Origin: Ophelia neglecta
Taxonomy: Eukaryota
Assembly (NCBI GenBank): GCA_965285935.1
Contig: OZ260662.1
Coordinates: 75,082,001-75,146,000, forward strand
DNA length: 64,000 nt
Direction of reading: 5' to 3'
Shown one piece after another: positions 26,113 to 38,000 of the stretch. Each line of letters starts with the position of its first letter. Position 1 is the first letter of the stretch. A program made the translations under genes and the position numbers. The notes under the pieces are model-generated. The model worked only from the letters and a program-made list of their open reading frames with translations, was not told where the DNA came from and did no database searches.

Positions 26113-29100
26113 TACTGACTGCTCCGTCGAAGACCCTAAAGCGGTTGTTAGGTGTCTTCTAAATTCAGTATATACAAAGGATCCCATTAAACCTGATAAA
26201 CTCTATAACAAAAAACCGGTTGTTCATATCTGATTACATGTATATCCTTTTCAGAAAACTTGTAATTACATTTAGCCTAGATACTTTCAATATTAACGCT
26301 GTAATTCACATTGCTCGGGGTTCCTATTTGGTAGGCGCGGACCACTGAGCATGGAAACCGGTTATTCCATCCTCTAGGGTCCGCCCTGCATCATCCTGTC
26401 CTGCAGTTGAGCAAGCCATGGCCTACAAAATCAACCGAATAATTGTAGACATGCTAGCAAGCCATAAAAACCACCTCGTGCTCATGACGAGTACATGTAT
26501 TTATATGAGTGTGATCTACAATGTTCTCACTCGCCCTTTTCTTGTAAGATATCTCCCTCATTATCGCAATTTGAACAATCTAGTGATGTTTCTTCAAGCA
26601 GAATGGTGTCGTCTGGATTGGAATGATCGCAGTGAGTGGTAATAAGCATTATTTTCCGGGCTATTCTTCTTTAACGCGAAGGTTAATAACCAGGGATAAA
26701 TAGATACCGTTATATTTCCATTGGCGCGTTCCCCAACTGAACCTATTATTAACTGCTTCTTTCATCGCCTGATGGAGAAGGTTATTGGCTGCCGACCGTT
26801 CAGGAGATGATGGAGCAATGTCCCCATCGGCGACATTTTATAATACGGTGGCCTGTTTGTTCCACAGGGGTAATACGAAATGAAAGTTATACATGGACTT
26901 TCATTATAACCTGGTAGCGGCTGAATTCAGATGACGGATTGCCGTGGTGTTGCTTCTGTGGCGCTCGAGGACGCGGATGGCGGTGCCCCCATGGTTTAGG
27001 CATATAGCTGTGAGGGCATTCAGTTTTGTATGTAAGTTAGATGGGGTTGATGTGGGATGGGGGTGGGATGGGTGGAAGGTAAATTGTCACCCAGACCAGC
27101 AAGCTGATATCTACCGACAATTAATCTCATGACCAACTTTAGACAGCTGACCACTACTTATCTGTACACATTGCGGACATTGTTTTGCTGTATGTTTTAC
27201 TATTCTGTGGTGTTTTAATATTGTGTTCTCGCTCCCATATCATGAGTCATGAACCAGGTGGCACAAAATGGCAGTACTGTTGGCCGTAACTTTTAATTGG
27301 GATATCTGTGAATTTTAGTTTAAAATGACAACGTTCGATGAAAATTTATGTGCAACTTGGATAATAATTTAAAATTGATAATTCTTGATTGGTAAAATGT
27401 GCTGAAAATCGCAATTAAACACAGTTCCAAGTGCAGGTTTTCTGGCACACGCTGTGTTTCGAAACATTACCCCCCCCCCCACACGCCCCCCCCCCCCCCC
27501 CAGAAAAAAAAACTCAGTGAACTGTCTTGTCCAGGAAGTGACAGGGTCGAATGTAATAAGGTTTGGCGTTAACATCGATAGTTAATCCGTTTGCCTACAT
27601 GTATATTTCTTCTTTTATCAGATTGCGGTCACCGATGGTTTGACTATTTGCTCGTCGTACCCTATCATTTTGTTTAACAAATCTATACAACAGTTCTCAG
27701 TTTTCTTCTGAGCTGGATCAATATATTGAACAAAGCCCTAATGACTGTGGCATGTGCTCTCATCCGGTAGTGGACGATATTATTTCCCGCCGTCTCTAAG
27801 GCACTCCCCACAAATCTCATCTTGCAGATCTACCTAGAAATCTCTGGGAGGGGAATAACAGTTAAGGGGAAAGTAGGTCACATGGGACAGATCGCCCACA
27901 GAGATCTGCTGCATAACTAAATAAATCGATATATATAATTTACATGTTTATTCATTCTATAAGTTTCGTAAGATGGCCTCGGTGTGTTTGCTATTTTTTC
28001 TCTAAAAAAGATGTTCAAAGTTGGTGGAGGTTTAAGGGGTTGTGTGAGTGACGCTAGTTCATTATAACATTATAACAACCCCTCACATTTTCCTCGTGAA
28101 ACTTTCAACTCTATCCATGCAATTTTCTAAAAAAATGTCAAGTATACAACCAGTTTCAGAATGCAAGCAGTCTCTTTTCTTTTTCCGATGACTATTTATT
28201 GGTTTTATATTTAAGTTAGAAACACTTTTATATAAGTCGTGGACAAGAGGCATAGGTCTCACAATAATTGATAACGGAGGGATTTTATCATAGATTCGTT
28301 TTCCCATAAATCTCGTTATGATGCTCTTCATAGATGAAAGTAACTATATGTAGTCTACAGCAGACTAATTGGTCCAGGTCTTGTTCGTTCTGCCAAGTAG
28401 AGTGTTTTGGAGCCTGAGTGCCCTAACAAGCTTCATTGCTCTACAACTAATACATAATAATGCTTGATTGTGCCTAACACTGACCCAGAGTTAGGTTCTA
28501 ATATCTCAAGGCATTCCGTTCTGTATCTTCTCTCCACCGCAGACCATGCCAGCCATGCAGGCTACTCGTGCCACGGCCAGGTCAGCCGTTTTTCAAATTG
28601 CCGCTCCAAGTGCCAACTCTATCTGTAGCAGTTCTGACCCCAGTCAGAGCCGCGAGGATACGGCTCAAAGCAGCCTCTGTAAGTTACGGGGCTCTATCGT
28701 GGGTTAACCGGAAAGGGGCCGGCAGGTAGACGGAAAAAAAAGTTGATGATTGACATACACTTCTTTGGTATGCTTATCGGAACTTTATTACTTTCATTCT
28801 AGTGTCTATCGACCCTCTGCTTCAGGGTATATATTGACACGAGCTCTATATCTCTATCGGGAAATCACATGATTGTAAGTGTTCATTTCTAGTGTGGATA
28901 AAACGCTCATAAATTGTGAACACCAGGATCGAGTTTCGCTTCTGGGCACACTCCATATAGCTGATATGCTCGTTCGTGACAGCGTATTATACTGGAGACG
29001 TCTCCAGGCAATTGTTAACTTAAACAGAGTTCAGTACAAACGAGAACACATTTTTTTAGGGATAATGTAGCGCGTGGTATAATGGTTGCAACTATGGCAA

Positions 29101-29686
29101 ATTTCTGACCATTGCAGCTAGCAGCGGCTCATAGAAATCAGGCCATCTCCTGGATTATCTAGCATCACGTAGAGATTCAACCGTGCGAGGGTAATTCCTC
29201 GATATACATCCGATCGGAGCTTGCTCCGTGTGGGCAGGGTCATTGCTACACTCAATATCTCATCAGCAGGCTGATTGGCGATTTTACGCAGAATTCTCTA
29301 CCTAAAAGGGCCGTTGATCATCTTTGAAAGGAATATTAAGCCGCTGACCAGCCTCTACCACACGCACTGTTAAGCATAGTATACATAACTAGATGCCCAA
29401 AGTCGAAAGTTGACTGGAATTCAACACGTCTCGACGGTACAGGCCGGATTATGACTTCTGACTAAAGTTATCGACCCAGGATTGAAAGGGATTCATCGGG
29501 ATCAATACTTTCAACATAATACATTGTATCTCACTTCTGATAAAACTTATTGTGCATTGTAAACGCTTGTTCACAATAGGACGGCATGACGTTTTAACAA
29601 AACATGGCCACCAGGGGCCCATTCTTGGAAGTTCTGCGGCCCACGCACCATGCGTTCTGTCCTGGATAACTGCTGCGGATTCACGG

Positions 29687-29694
29687 TGACGTCA
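29687..29694. promoter_or_regulatory. Full palindromic CRE (TGACGTCA) in a putative promoter
   Basis: Exact CREB/ATF consensus, 23 nt upstream of the candidate ATG at 29717, in CpG-richer sequence. Function is untested. Confidence 0.3.
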
Positions 29695-29716
29695 TACACT
29701 ATCAATAGCCAGTCAA

Positions 29717-29785
29717 ATGCCTCTATTTGGCGTTCGCCGTAATCCTAGTTTTAACTCGTTTGCGTCCTCCTCAGAACTCCTTGAA
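29717..29785 (+). CDS. Candidate distal first coding exon of the CLC gene (MPLFGVRRNPSFNSFASSSELLE)
   Basis: ATG followed by 23 open codons and a perfect GTAAGT donor in phase 0, compatible with the phase-0 exon at 42161. It lies in a locally CpG-rich patch just after a TGACGTCA site. The link to the CLC gene is inferred. Confidence 0.35.
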
Positions 29786-31392
29786 GTAAGTATTTTACAG
29801 AAATATTCATATTTCGATAGTTGGTATAAATGAAAGCTTTCGAAATCATATTTCACCTTGTGTTTGAGAGATGAGAATTTTAGGTGAAAACATACCTATA
29901 AAGTCTGGCTTTATTTTGAAAAAATTGTTAGGGTTGCAGCTTCTGGAATATTACATGTAATTCTTCTTGGACCTACACTTTCTAGGTCAAGCAGCCATTT
30001 TAAAAAATTCTATTGCATTTCAGTGGTTTATTGGGGGCTTTTTTGATCAAGGTGTAAGCGTGTATATCCTGTACCTTACTTGTATCTACAACTATCATAT
30101 TTTTACGCTCTCGCCGCGAAACGATTATCTTATCTGATTCGATACATGAATTCAAATGTCTGCTGTATTTGTTCCGAGTGATGTGTATGTTCAATTGGCC
30201 TGTAGTCAGGTATTCGCTTTACTTATCGTGAGAATTAATGTTAAATTCTACCGTAAGGAATCAAAATTAATGCAACCTAGTAGGCGACCAATGGGCCTAA
30301 CCCCACCCCACCCCACCCGCCCTCGCCTCCTGTTGGCTTATTAGCTTAGTGTGAAAATGTGGACAGACAGGAGTATGCTTGGGAGGATTTTCTATTGTAG
30401 GGAACAATGTACTGGTGGAATCCCAGCTTTCCCCCCGAGTGATTGAGACATTATTCTTCTATATAAAAGGTTAATGAGACTTGATCCTTTCTGCATGCCA
30501 GACATATATAGCCCAGTGCTTTTATGTGGGAGATTGAATAGGGCTGAATTACTACTGACGTCTTGGAGATTTGGAGAGGATCATAGAAACTGCTTATTTC
30601 TTTTATAATACCATCAGAGATATGGAGCCTCGTTGAGGCGAGAAGGATTTATGATAATCCCAGCCGGGTCTAATATTTCACAAATGTTTTCACCTGAAGT
30701 TCCCTGGTGATCTTATATTCTTTTTCAAGAAAGATAAAGGGCCACGCGTAGCTACGTCGAATTAATGGTTTTTGTGGCTTTCTCACCAAAATGATTCTAG
30801 AGTGTTCTCTTCACATGTTGCCAATTTTAAAGGAATCAACTATAATGATGAACATTCTTATATATAATTGAGGCATTATTATAATATATATGGGGTAATT
30901 CATAGCATAAGTGTGCCTCTAAAGAGCGATAATGTAAGTCGTGGTGTTTTGCCCCTTCAATGATGATACGAGGAAGGGTTTTTATGGCAGTTATTTGGCG
31001 GTTATCAGGAAAACTATAATCTTGTTAATCGGTGTAAAATTCCACATGTGCACAATACCTACATCTTAGAATGCATGCGTCCTTGCATGGCGAAGGGCGC
31101 CGGTCTTTGGGCTGGACTTTGGGCAAAGAAATGCATGGTGGTGCGACTGTATTCATCGGTGTAAGGTATCGGATATACGACTCGTTTTTAGCCCTTTAGA
31201 TTGCGTTAAATAACTCGCACTATTCTGTTCTTAACCCAAACTCATTATATGTATTAATTTATGATTGTATTTGGACTAAGGGAAATAGCGGTCGTTGCCA
31301 ACTAGACATCTTGCCCTCGGAGTCCTGATAGCTGTGACATTTTGTCTACTATCGTAACTTATTGTTTATCCAGGCAATAAAACAATTGTGTG

Positions 31393-32145
31393 CACGAGGC
31401 ACGAGGGCAGGATTCCTACCTTCCCAAATATAAAGTGAGGGGAGGATTTCTACTTTCAGTTAAACAAAAAAAAACTGCCGTAAGCAACATTGACATTCTA
31501 ATACAACTCATATATTATTCTGGTCTTGTTGGAGCAATGTTTAATAATTCGCTTGTACGGAATAAATATTTTATCCAGCTGGCATTTTTTTCTTGCTAGA
31601 ATGATTAACTAGGCCTATACCATGTTATAACTGCCCAACGTTGTAATAACATGTATCCGCTGGTACATTTCACCAAATCTTGATGAAACACAATAGAAGG
31701 CTTCTGGCACAACGGGAAATAATTAATTGAGTGTGTAAAAACCTTAATCCCAAGCTTTCAGTGACGGTGAGTAATTAAGCTTGACTATTGAGGACAAGTG
31801 AGACTTAAAATAAGCCAGTGTTGTCTCACGCCTATAGTCAATAAGAAAGAGCAAGGCAGAAAAAGTAATGTATGTGATCCTTTTATTGGTACCTAATATA
31901 ACTTCACGAATAAGTTATGCTGCAATTTAATGCTTGAGATATCTGAAGCTTGTGAATGTTTTACAACCGAAAAGTTACAAGCGAAGGAATGTGCGTGATC
32001 GTAAAGATGTGTGATAGAGATAAAGGTATAATTATGGCGGAGGTATTTAGTTTCTCCTTTGAATGTTCACTCGTGAATTCACACGAGGCACGAGACCAAG
32101 ATTCCCTACCTTTCCTAAATATAAAGTGAAGGATGGATTTCTACT
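31393..32145 (+). repeat. Pair of ~62-bp direct repeats about 690 bp apart
   Basis: 31393-31454 and 32082-32145: cacgaggcacgag..attcc(c)tacctt..aaatataaagtga.gg..ggatttctact. Confidence 0.75.
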
Positions 32146-34340
32146 CCCCAACAAATTAAGTAAGGCGTGGGGGTGGGGGTCCGCCCTCGGGACCCCGCCC
32201 CGCATGCGTCCGTTTCCGGCCCGCCTTTAACATGAAAGTGGATCTCCGGCCGTTTCCAAAGTGCCAACTCCTCCAACGGTGTAACTGTATAACGTGTGAA
32301 ATGGTCGATGAATTGATTTGGAGATCAAACAGTGAGCTGGATGTGATCGGGGTGTTCGCTTTGTCACAGTGGTCCGCAGTAGAAAACAGCATCGATTGTG
32401 ACATATCCCCAACCCAAAATTGCATGCATGGAATTCATTCCGATTAAGCGGTAAAACGCGCCGATAGTCTGATTACGTTTCACCGTCGGGCCGTTGTTAA
32501 ATTTCTCAGTAGGTTTTCCTGTAAGCAGTTGCTCGGCGGAGGAGAGTTTTCTGTCAGCGGGCGAAGCTGGCGAGGCAGGGGAAGCCAATCCTTCATTCAT
32601 TTATTCAAATTGAAAGTATGGCTGCTTGACCTGATCGATGGCGGGAGATGACGTATTTGGTCCACAGTTTGCGCACAACAAGTTCTCTGACCTCTCTTTG
32701 TTCTCCAGAACCTGATTGATTGCATGTCGATATTGTAAACGTTTTCAACATAATTGCGAATGAACCTTATTGCCACTGCAAAGGTTAAAACGCATGTGAA
32801 AGTGGATTAAAGATGCGCCTCATGTATCGAAAAAGAATCTCTTAGGCCCTAAAAAGAAGAAAGAGCCATCTTTGGTGAATGTGCTTGTGTCTTACAGGGA
32901 CAGGCTTATCTCGGTTTACCTGTGATCCATAAGGAATCACGATAAATTTCACAGTTTTAAATACGTTTTATGTGTAGCTGATTGACACATGGATATATTG
33001 TACTATATTATTGCGAATTTCAAAATTATAAAAACGAGCCAAATTGTCAACCATTTTTTATCGGCTGAAACCATAGAGGTATATATCTTAAATTAACTTG
33101 TATCGCTGAATATGTACATCTATAAGAAAGCATTTTTAGGTTTTTGATTAGCAGGTAACGTGATATGGTTTTAACAAAGCCAATGTGTAACACTTTCTAC
33201 TGTATAGTGTGCAGAGGAACTTCTAAGAAAATTATGTTATGGCACGACGTGTGACGTTAGAGCCCAAATTAAGTTCCAAATAAACCTGTACTACTAGACT
33301 AAGTATATTGTTAAGGGATATAACAGATCGGTTACTGTAATGTTTATAATCACATTTCCCGAAGCAACGAAATGCATCAGCGATGTTCTAGGGTGATGTT
33401 ACTACTAAGTATTCTTGTTTGAGTGTTGCCTGGAAGGAGAAGGGGAGCTTCGATAAGTAGGACGGTCTTTCATCGCAGTTCAAGTGGCCTGCCACAGGAT
33501 TAATCATTTTCGAGGGAAAAACATCCCTCAAACTAACTGTAACTAAATACATTTGTTTGTACATTGGAAACAATGAGTTTTACCCTGACCAATTCGTTTA
33601 GGAACTAACCCGTCGTTAGTTTTAGAAAAATTATTGCAATTAGAATTTGAACAATTAGAGTGTGCCTATTATGTTGCGCCAAAATTTATCCATCGGCCAA
33701 TTTTTTCTAAGTTTTTCTTATTTCTTCGAGTTTGTTTCAAATATTTTCATGCAAGGCTGTTTAACGTTTTAATGGAATCGTCTAATTTGTAAAAGAATTA
33801 ACCAAATAATTAAAAGAATATCTGCAGCCTATAAAAGCGAGAACGCTGATTAAGTGTCTATTAATCTCTAAGCTCTCCAGAAGGAGCATAATGCTTTATT
33901 TTGATCAGAACAAGCTGGCGCTGTAAGGTTCCAGATGTATTGCTTTGTACACCGATCAGCTGATGCTCTAGGTATTATAGGGTCAAAAGTAACGGAACCA
34001 GCTAGATGAATTGATATTAAAGTATGCTAAGCAAAACATGGCATCAATAAACAGAGCAGTATACAAAGTTTTGGCTTAACATAATTTTGGTTGATGCGTA
34101 GCTTACTTTGTGGTAAAAGAGAATTGCTGTCGTGTATTGCATAGGATTCGTGCAAAGAGGTCAAGGACATTGGCATTAGATAATCCTTTCAGTGAACCAT
34201 ATATATAAGTATCCATTATTGTTGAATAAACAGATTACTGTTTATGATTCTTTGACGGTAGCCTTCTGTGTTTCGTGAAATTACCATCAATGAGGTGTCA
34301 TGATCTGGACAACATGGTCTGATGGGTGTACAGCCTTCAG

Positions 34341-35059
34341 TGTGTTACTGGACATCGAGTCTCGAGTCTCGAGTATGAAAGTTAGAATATCGAGTATGAA
34401 ATTTCGAGTATCGAGTATCGAGTTTGAAATCTGGAGTTTGTAACAAGAATAGCCAGACTCGGTAGGTTCAATTGTAGGAGAATCCGTCATCGTGCCCCGC
34501 CAACATCAAACAAAAATTTGTTTACACGGCATTTGAATTCTCAAGTGCCCCCCCCCCCCCTCCCCCGGCTTCTGACTTGCCGGTTGTAAGTTGTGATAAA
34601 AGTTTTGAAATTATATATCTACACAAATATTTATCATGCACTAAGTACTCCTGAAGCGCTTAACTATCATTTCATGGACAATTCGTGTAATCCGGATTTG
34701 TCGATATAGTTGGGTGAGCTTACCCGACAAGGAGAAAATGAGCGCTGGGCAGACTAACAGAACATTATTTCACACCCATGTTTGTCATGTTTGTCATTTT
34801 TGTCATGTTTGTCAAAGAACAAAAAATGCCACAAATTCAATGACAGAACTACTTATATTATGTCGCCTGAAAAAAAGGTCATAATAAATCTTAAGTTTAT
34901 TTATCAATGCTTTTTGCCATTCTCGAAGCTCTTACTCAAACTCTCGGTACTCGAACTTTCCTACTCGATTATCGAATTTACCTACTCAGTACTCGAACTT
35001 TCCTACTCTAAACTCGATACTCGAACTTTCCTACTCGAGACTCGATGGCTAGTCCCACA
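34341..35059. mobile_element. Foldback-like MITE with modular terminal inverted repeats
   Basis: Perfect 15-bp inverted match catcgagtctcgagt (34353-34367) / actcgagactcgatg (35033-35047). It continues inward as 7/21-bp periodic tcgagta / tactcga arrays (34353-34440 and 34921-35047). No clear TSD. Confidence 0.7.
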
Positions 35060-38000
35060 TCAACCAAACCCTCTTGCAAAGTTGCTCCTCACAGTTCATA
35101 AAGCTATACCCCTTGACTGTATAGGGAAAAGAAGGTTTGCTTTCAATAAAAACAAAATGTTAATATTTATCAGAGTCTAGTTGTCTGTGTTTTTGAAGTT
35201 AACAGCGAGGAATACAATAGAAACACTTGGCAATCAATAATCTAGTGTTTACAAGATTACCGATAATATACTGATGATAAAACGACATCCCAGGACTTTT
35301 GGCCATTGAAATATACACCAGTAGGCAAATTATCCCAACGAGACACCAAACAAGTATCGTAAAAATATAATTATGCCTCTATTGTTTTGAGACCAAATTC
35401 TAATTGTCTAGATATGCATGTAGCTTGATTGAAATAATTCCCAACAAAAACATGCTTTTACCAATCGCGTATTTATAAATAAAACGGCGTCCAGATAATA
35501 TTGAAATTACTGGTCAGGGATATTTTTAAACATATCCAAATTCCGCACTAAACTAATTAATTGAGGCCAGACTGCGTTTTATAATAAATTGGCTGTTATT
35601 GGTTCTTTGCCTAGCTCTATATTTTATGTGCAACAAAGTCTGGATTAAAAAAGGATAACACTATCCCTCATATGACGAATGAAGGTTATAAAAGTTCAAG
35701 GACCTTTAAGATCTCTGCATATTTCAGCCAAGGAAGCTATACAACAAATTATTCGAAGAGTGGGCTATGTCTTTTTTTGAGGATTTAGGTAATAGGTACT
35801 ATGAGTGAAAGGCAACGAAAAGTGTGAAATTGGCCTACTATTTTTTCGTTGTAGTACAGTGAAATCTAGCTCAATGTTAATGGCATAAGTGAAATAACAA
35901 TCCACAGCGTTGTCTCGGTACGGCAATCAGTAGTACAAAAATCGAACTTCAGTTCTCCACTGCACACAATCAATTCTTAGGAGAAGCCCTTTTTTTCCGA
36001 CAGACTGGGCATTATTAATGTTAATTCACAGCATAGTCGGGGTATGGATTCAAGTGGGATTTGACAAGCATTATGACCGGGGTAAAGGAGTTATGATTAT
36101 ATTGTATGTTTCTGGTAAATGGAGTGATAATATAGGGGAGATCTATGGGGAGGGTGTGGTAGAATGCGGGGAGTGAATTTTTTGTTTGGGGAGGAGGATT
36201 ATTTTTACACGAGATGGACGGGAAAAAACAAGAAAGGTTTCTAGTAGAGAGGGAAATTATCACTGGAAGGCGGAAATATTGTTTTCATAATTAATTCAAC
36301 CCCCTTCCTAAACATTGTCCCGCTCCTAACATATTAGGTTTACACGGAAACACAGTATAGTGGGAATGGTGACAGGAAATATACCACAGTGTCTGTCTAT
36401 ATGTGTTTAGAAGTCATCCAACATTTATTCACGTTTGCGCCGAAGTAGTTGTTCACATTGGTGCATTTTTCACAGTAATAGCTAGGTATATGATACATGG
36501 ACGTGCAATTATATAACTGGGTGATGCGGGGGTGGGGGGAGGTCTGGGGAAAGGGAGGGGGGCATAAAAGTGCTTACGACGTTTAAAATATTTCTCGTCG
36601 GCCCCCACACGTTTATAATGGTTGGTCTCATATAATCAGTTAATAGTTGATAAGCAGCTGACAAGGTAAACATTATTTTGTCAGTGTAATTAATTTAATA
36701 CACAGTTTCTTGGAAGTTCGATAAGCTTCTATAGCAATTGAATTACTCCGAGGGCCGGCTACTGACTTGATGGACATGTTTATTTCACCTAGATCAACAG
36801 AGGTAAACAACATTGCCCGTGGAAAGATATGCACTTTGATAAAATGCCTTCATGTAAATACCGTTTCCACTCAATATCTCCAGGTATCTTAGGATTAGCC
36901 CCGGCTGATATCTATAGTCACTACAATATATTTACAAGCGCTCTAATTTTACATATTACATTACAGCAGGCATTGCAGCATTGCAACATGAACCTTGATT
37001 CATCCTGGAATATATTAAACTTTATTTACACCCAAACATAATTATCCACCGTTGGATCAAGTAAGTCAAAACTACCATTGCCTTGCTGCAAGCCGGGGAC
37101 ACAGGTTTAATGGGACATAAAACTGACATGGCACGTTCTGTTGATCATATAATCAATTTGATACGTCCTCCGTCATAAATTTTTCTTTGACTTTAATTTG
37201 CTTCTCAAATTGAGACAAAGTAAATTTGAATTGAACAGATCAAGCTGTTTGACCCTGTAAATATGTAGTCGACATAAGGCCGCTGGCCAGGGCCAGATGA
37301 CATGGTTCCTACACTCAACAGATGTAATTGTCTATAAAAGAAATCTAAAAACTGATTTGTTTTCTAAAAAATCAAGTAGCATGTTTACATAACACTGTAT
37401 TTTAACTGCTGTGACCCTATGAAGCAAAAATAGGGCTATAAATAGAATAATACTAAAAAATAAAAGTAGCAAAGTGTATCGTTGACTATAAGTTGAATGT
37501 AGCGGTCTGACCTAGTTAATTCCGTAGCTGACCTGGATTACATACACATTCCTCCGACTATATGTTCACACCTGTCCAGAACCTGGTGATGTTTGGTTAT
37601 TTTCACTTGCACCTCATTAGCCTAGAAAACGTTGTAGTAGCTGTCAGATTCAAGTACGATAAAGAGTGTTGGTTTTCCAGTAAAAAAAAGAGGGAATGGG
37701 ATTAGTCTGTCAAGAAATAGCTGCCTTAGTTGATATGTTCCAATTGCTAACCATACCACCATTTACACTCGCTCATAAATGATCCAATTACTTTCGTTCG
37801 GATAGCAACTTAACAAAATGTAATGTGCCCTTTGTTCTCTACATCCTTAACCTGGGCATGGATCTCTTTTAGAGAGGAATTACTAGTTTCCAATTACAAG
37901 ACTAGCATATCCCACATTCCATGTGCGTATTGCTGAGGCAGTGACAGTTACATGCGCCAGGAATCAGTATCAGATCGGTTAAGTTGGTACAAGGAGACCA

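Noticed and set aside
28780-28830. Minus-strand CTGAAG..GGTCGATAG resembling a Penelope-type hammerhead remnant
   Set aside because: The catalytic core is incomplete and stem II is missing; too degenerate to call.
32156-32600. Cluster of overlapping ORFs in a GC-rich patch
   Set aside because: No recognisable domain or splice structure; more likely a repeat fragment or regulatory DNA.
34782-35180. 132-aa ORF with LELSYS repeats
   Set aside because: Translation of the 21-bp modules of the foldback arm.
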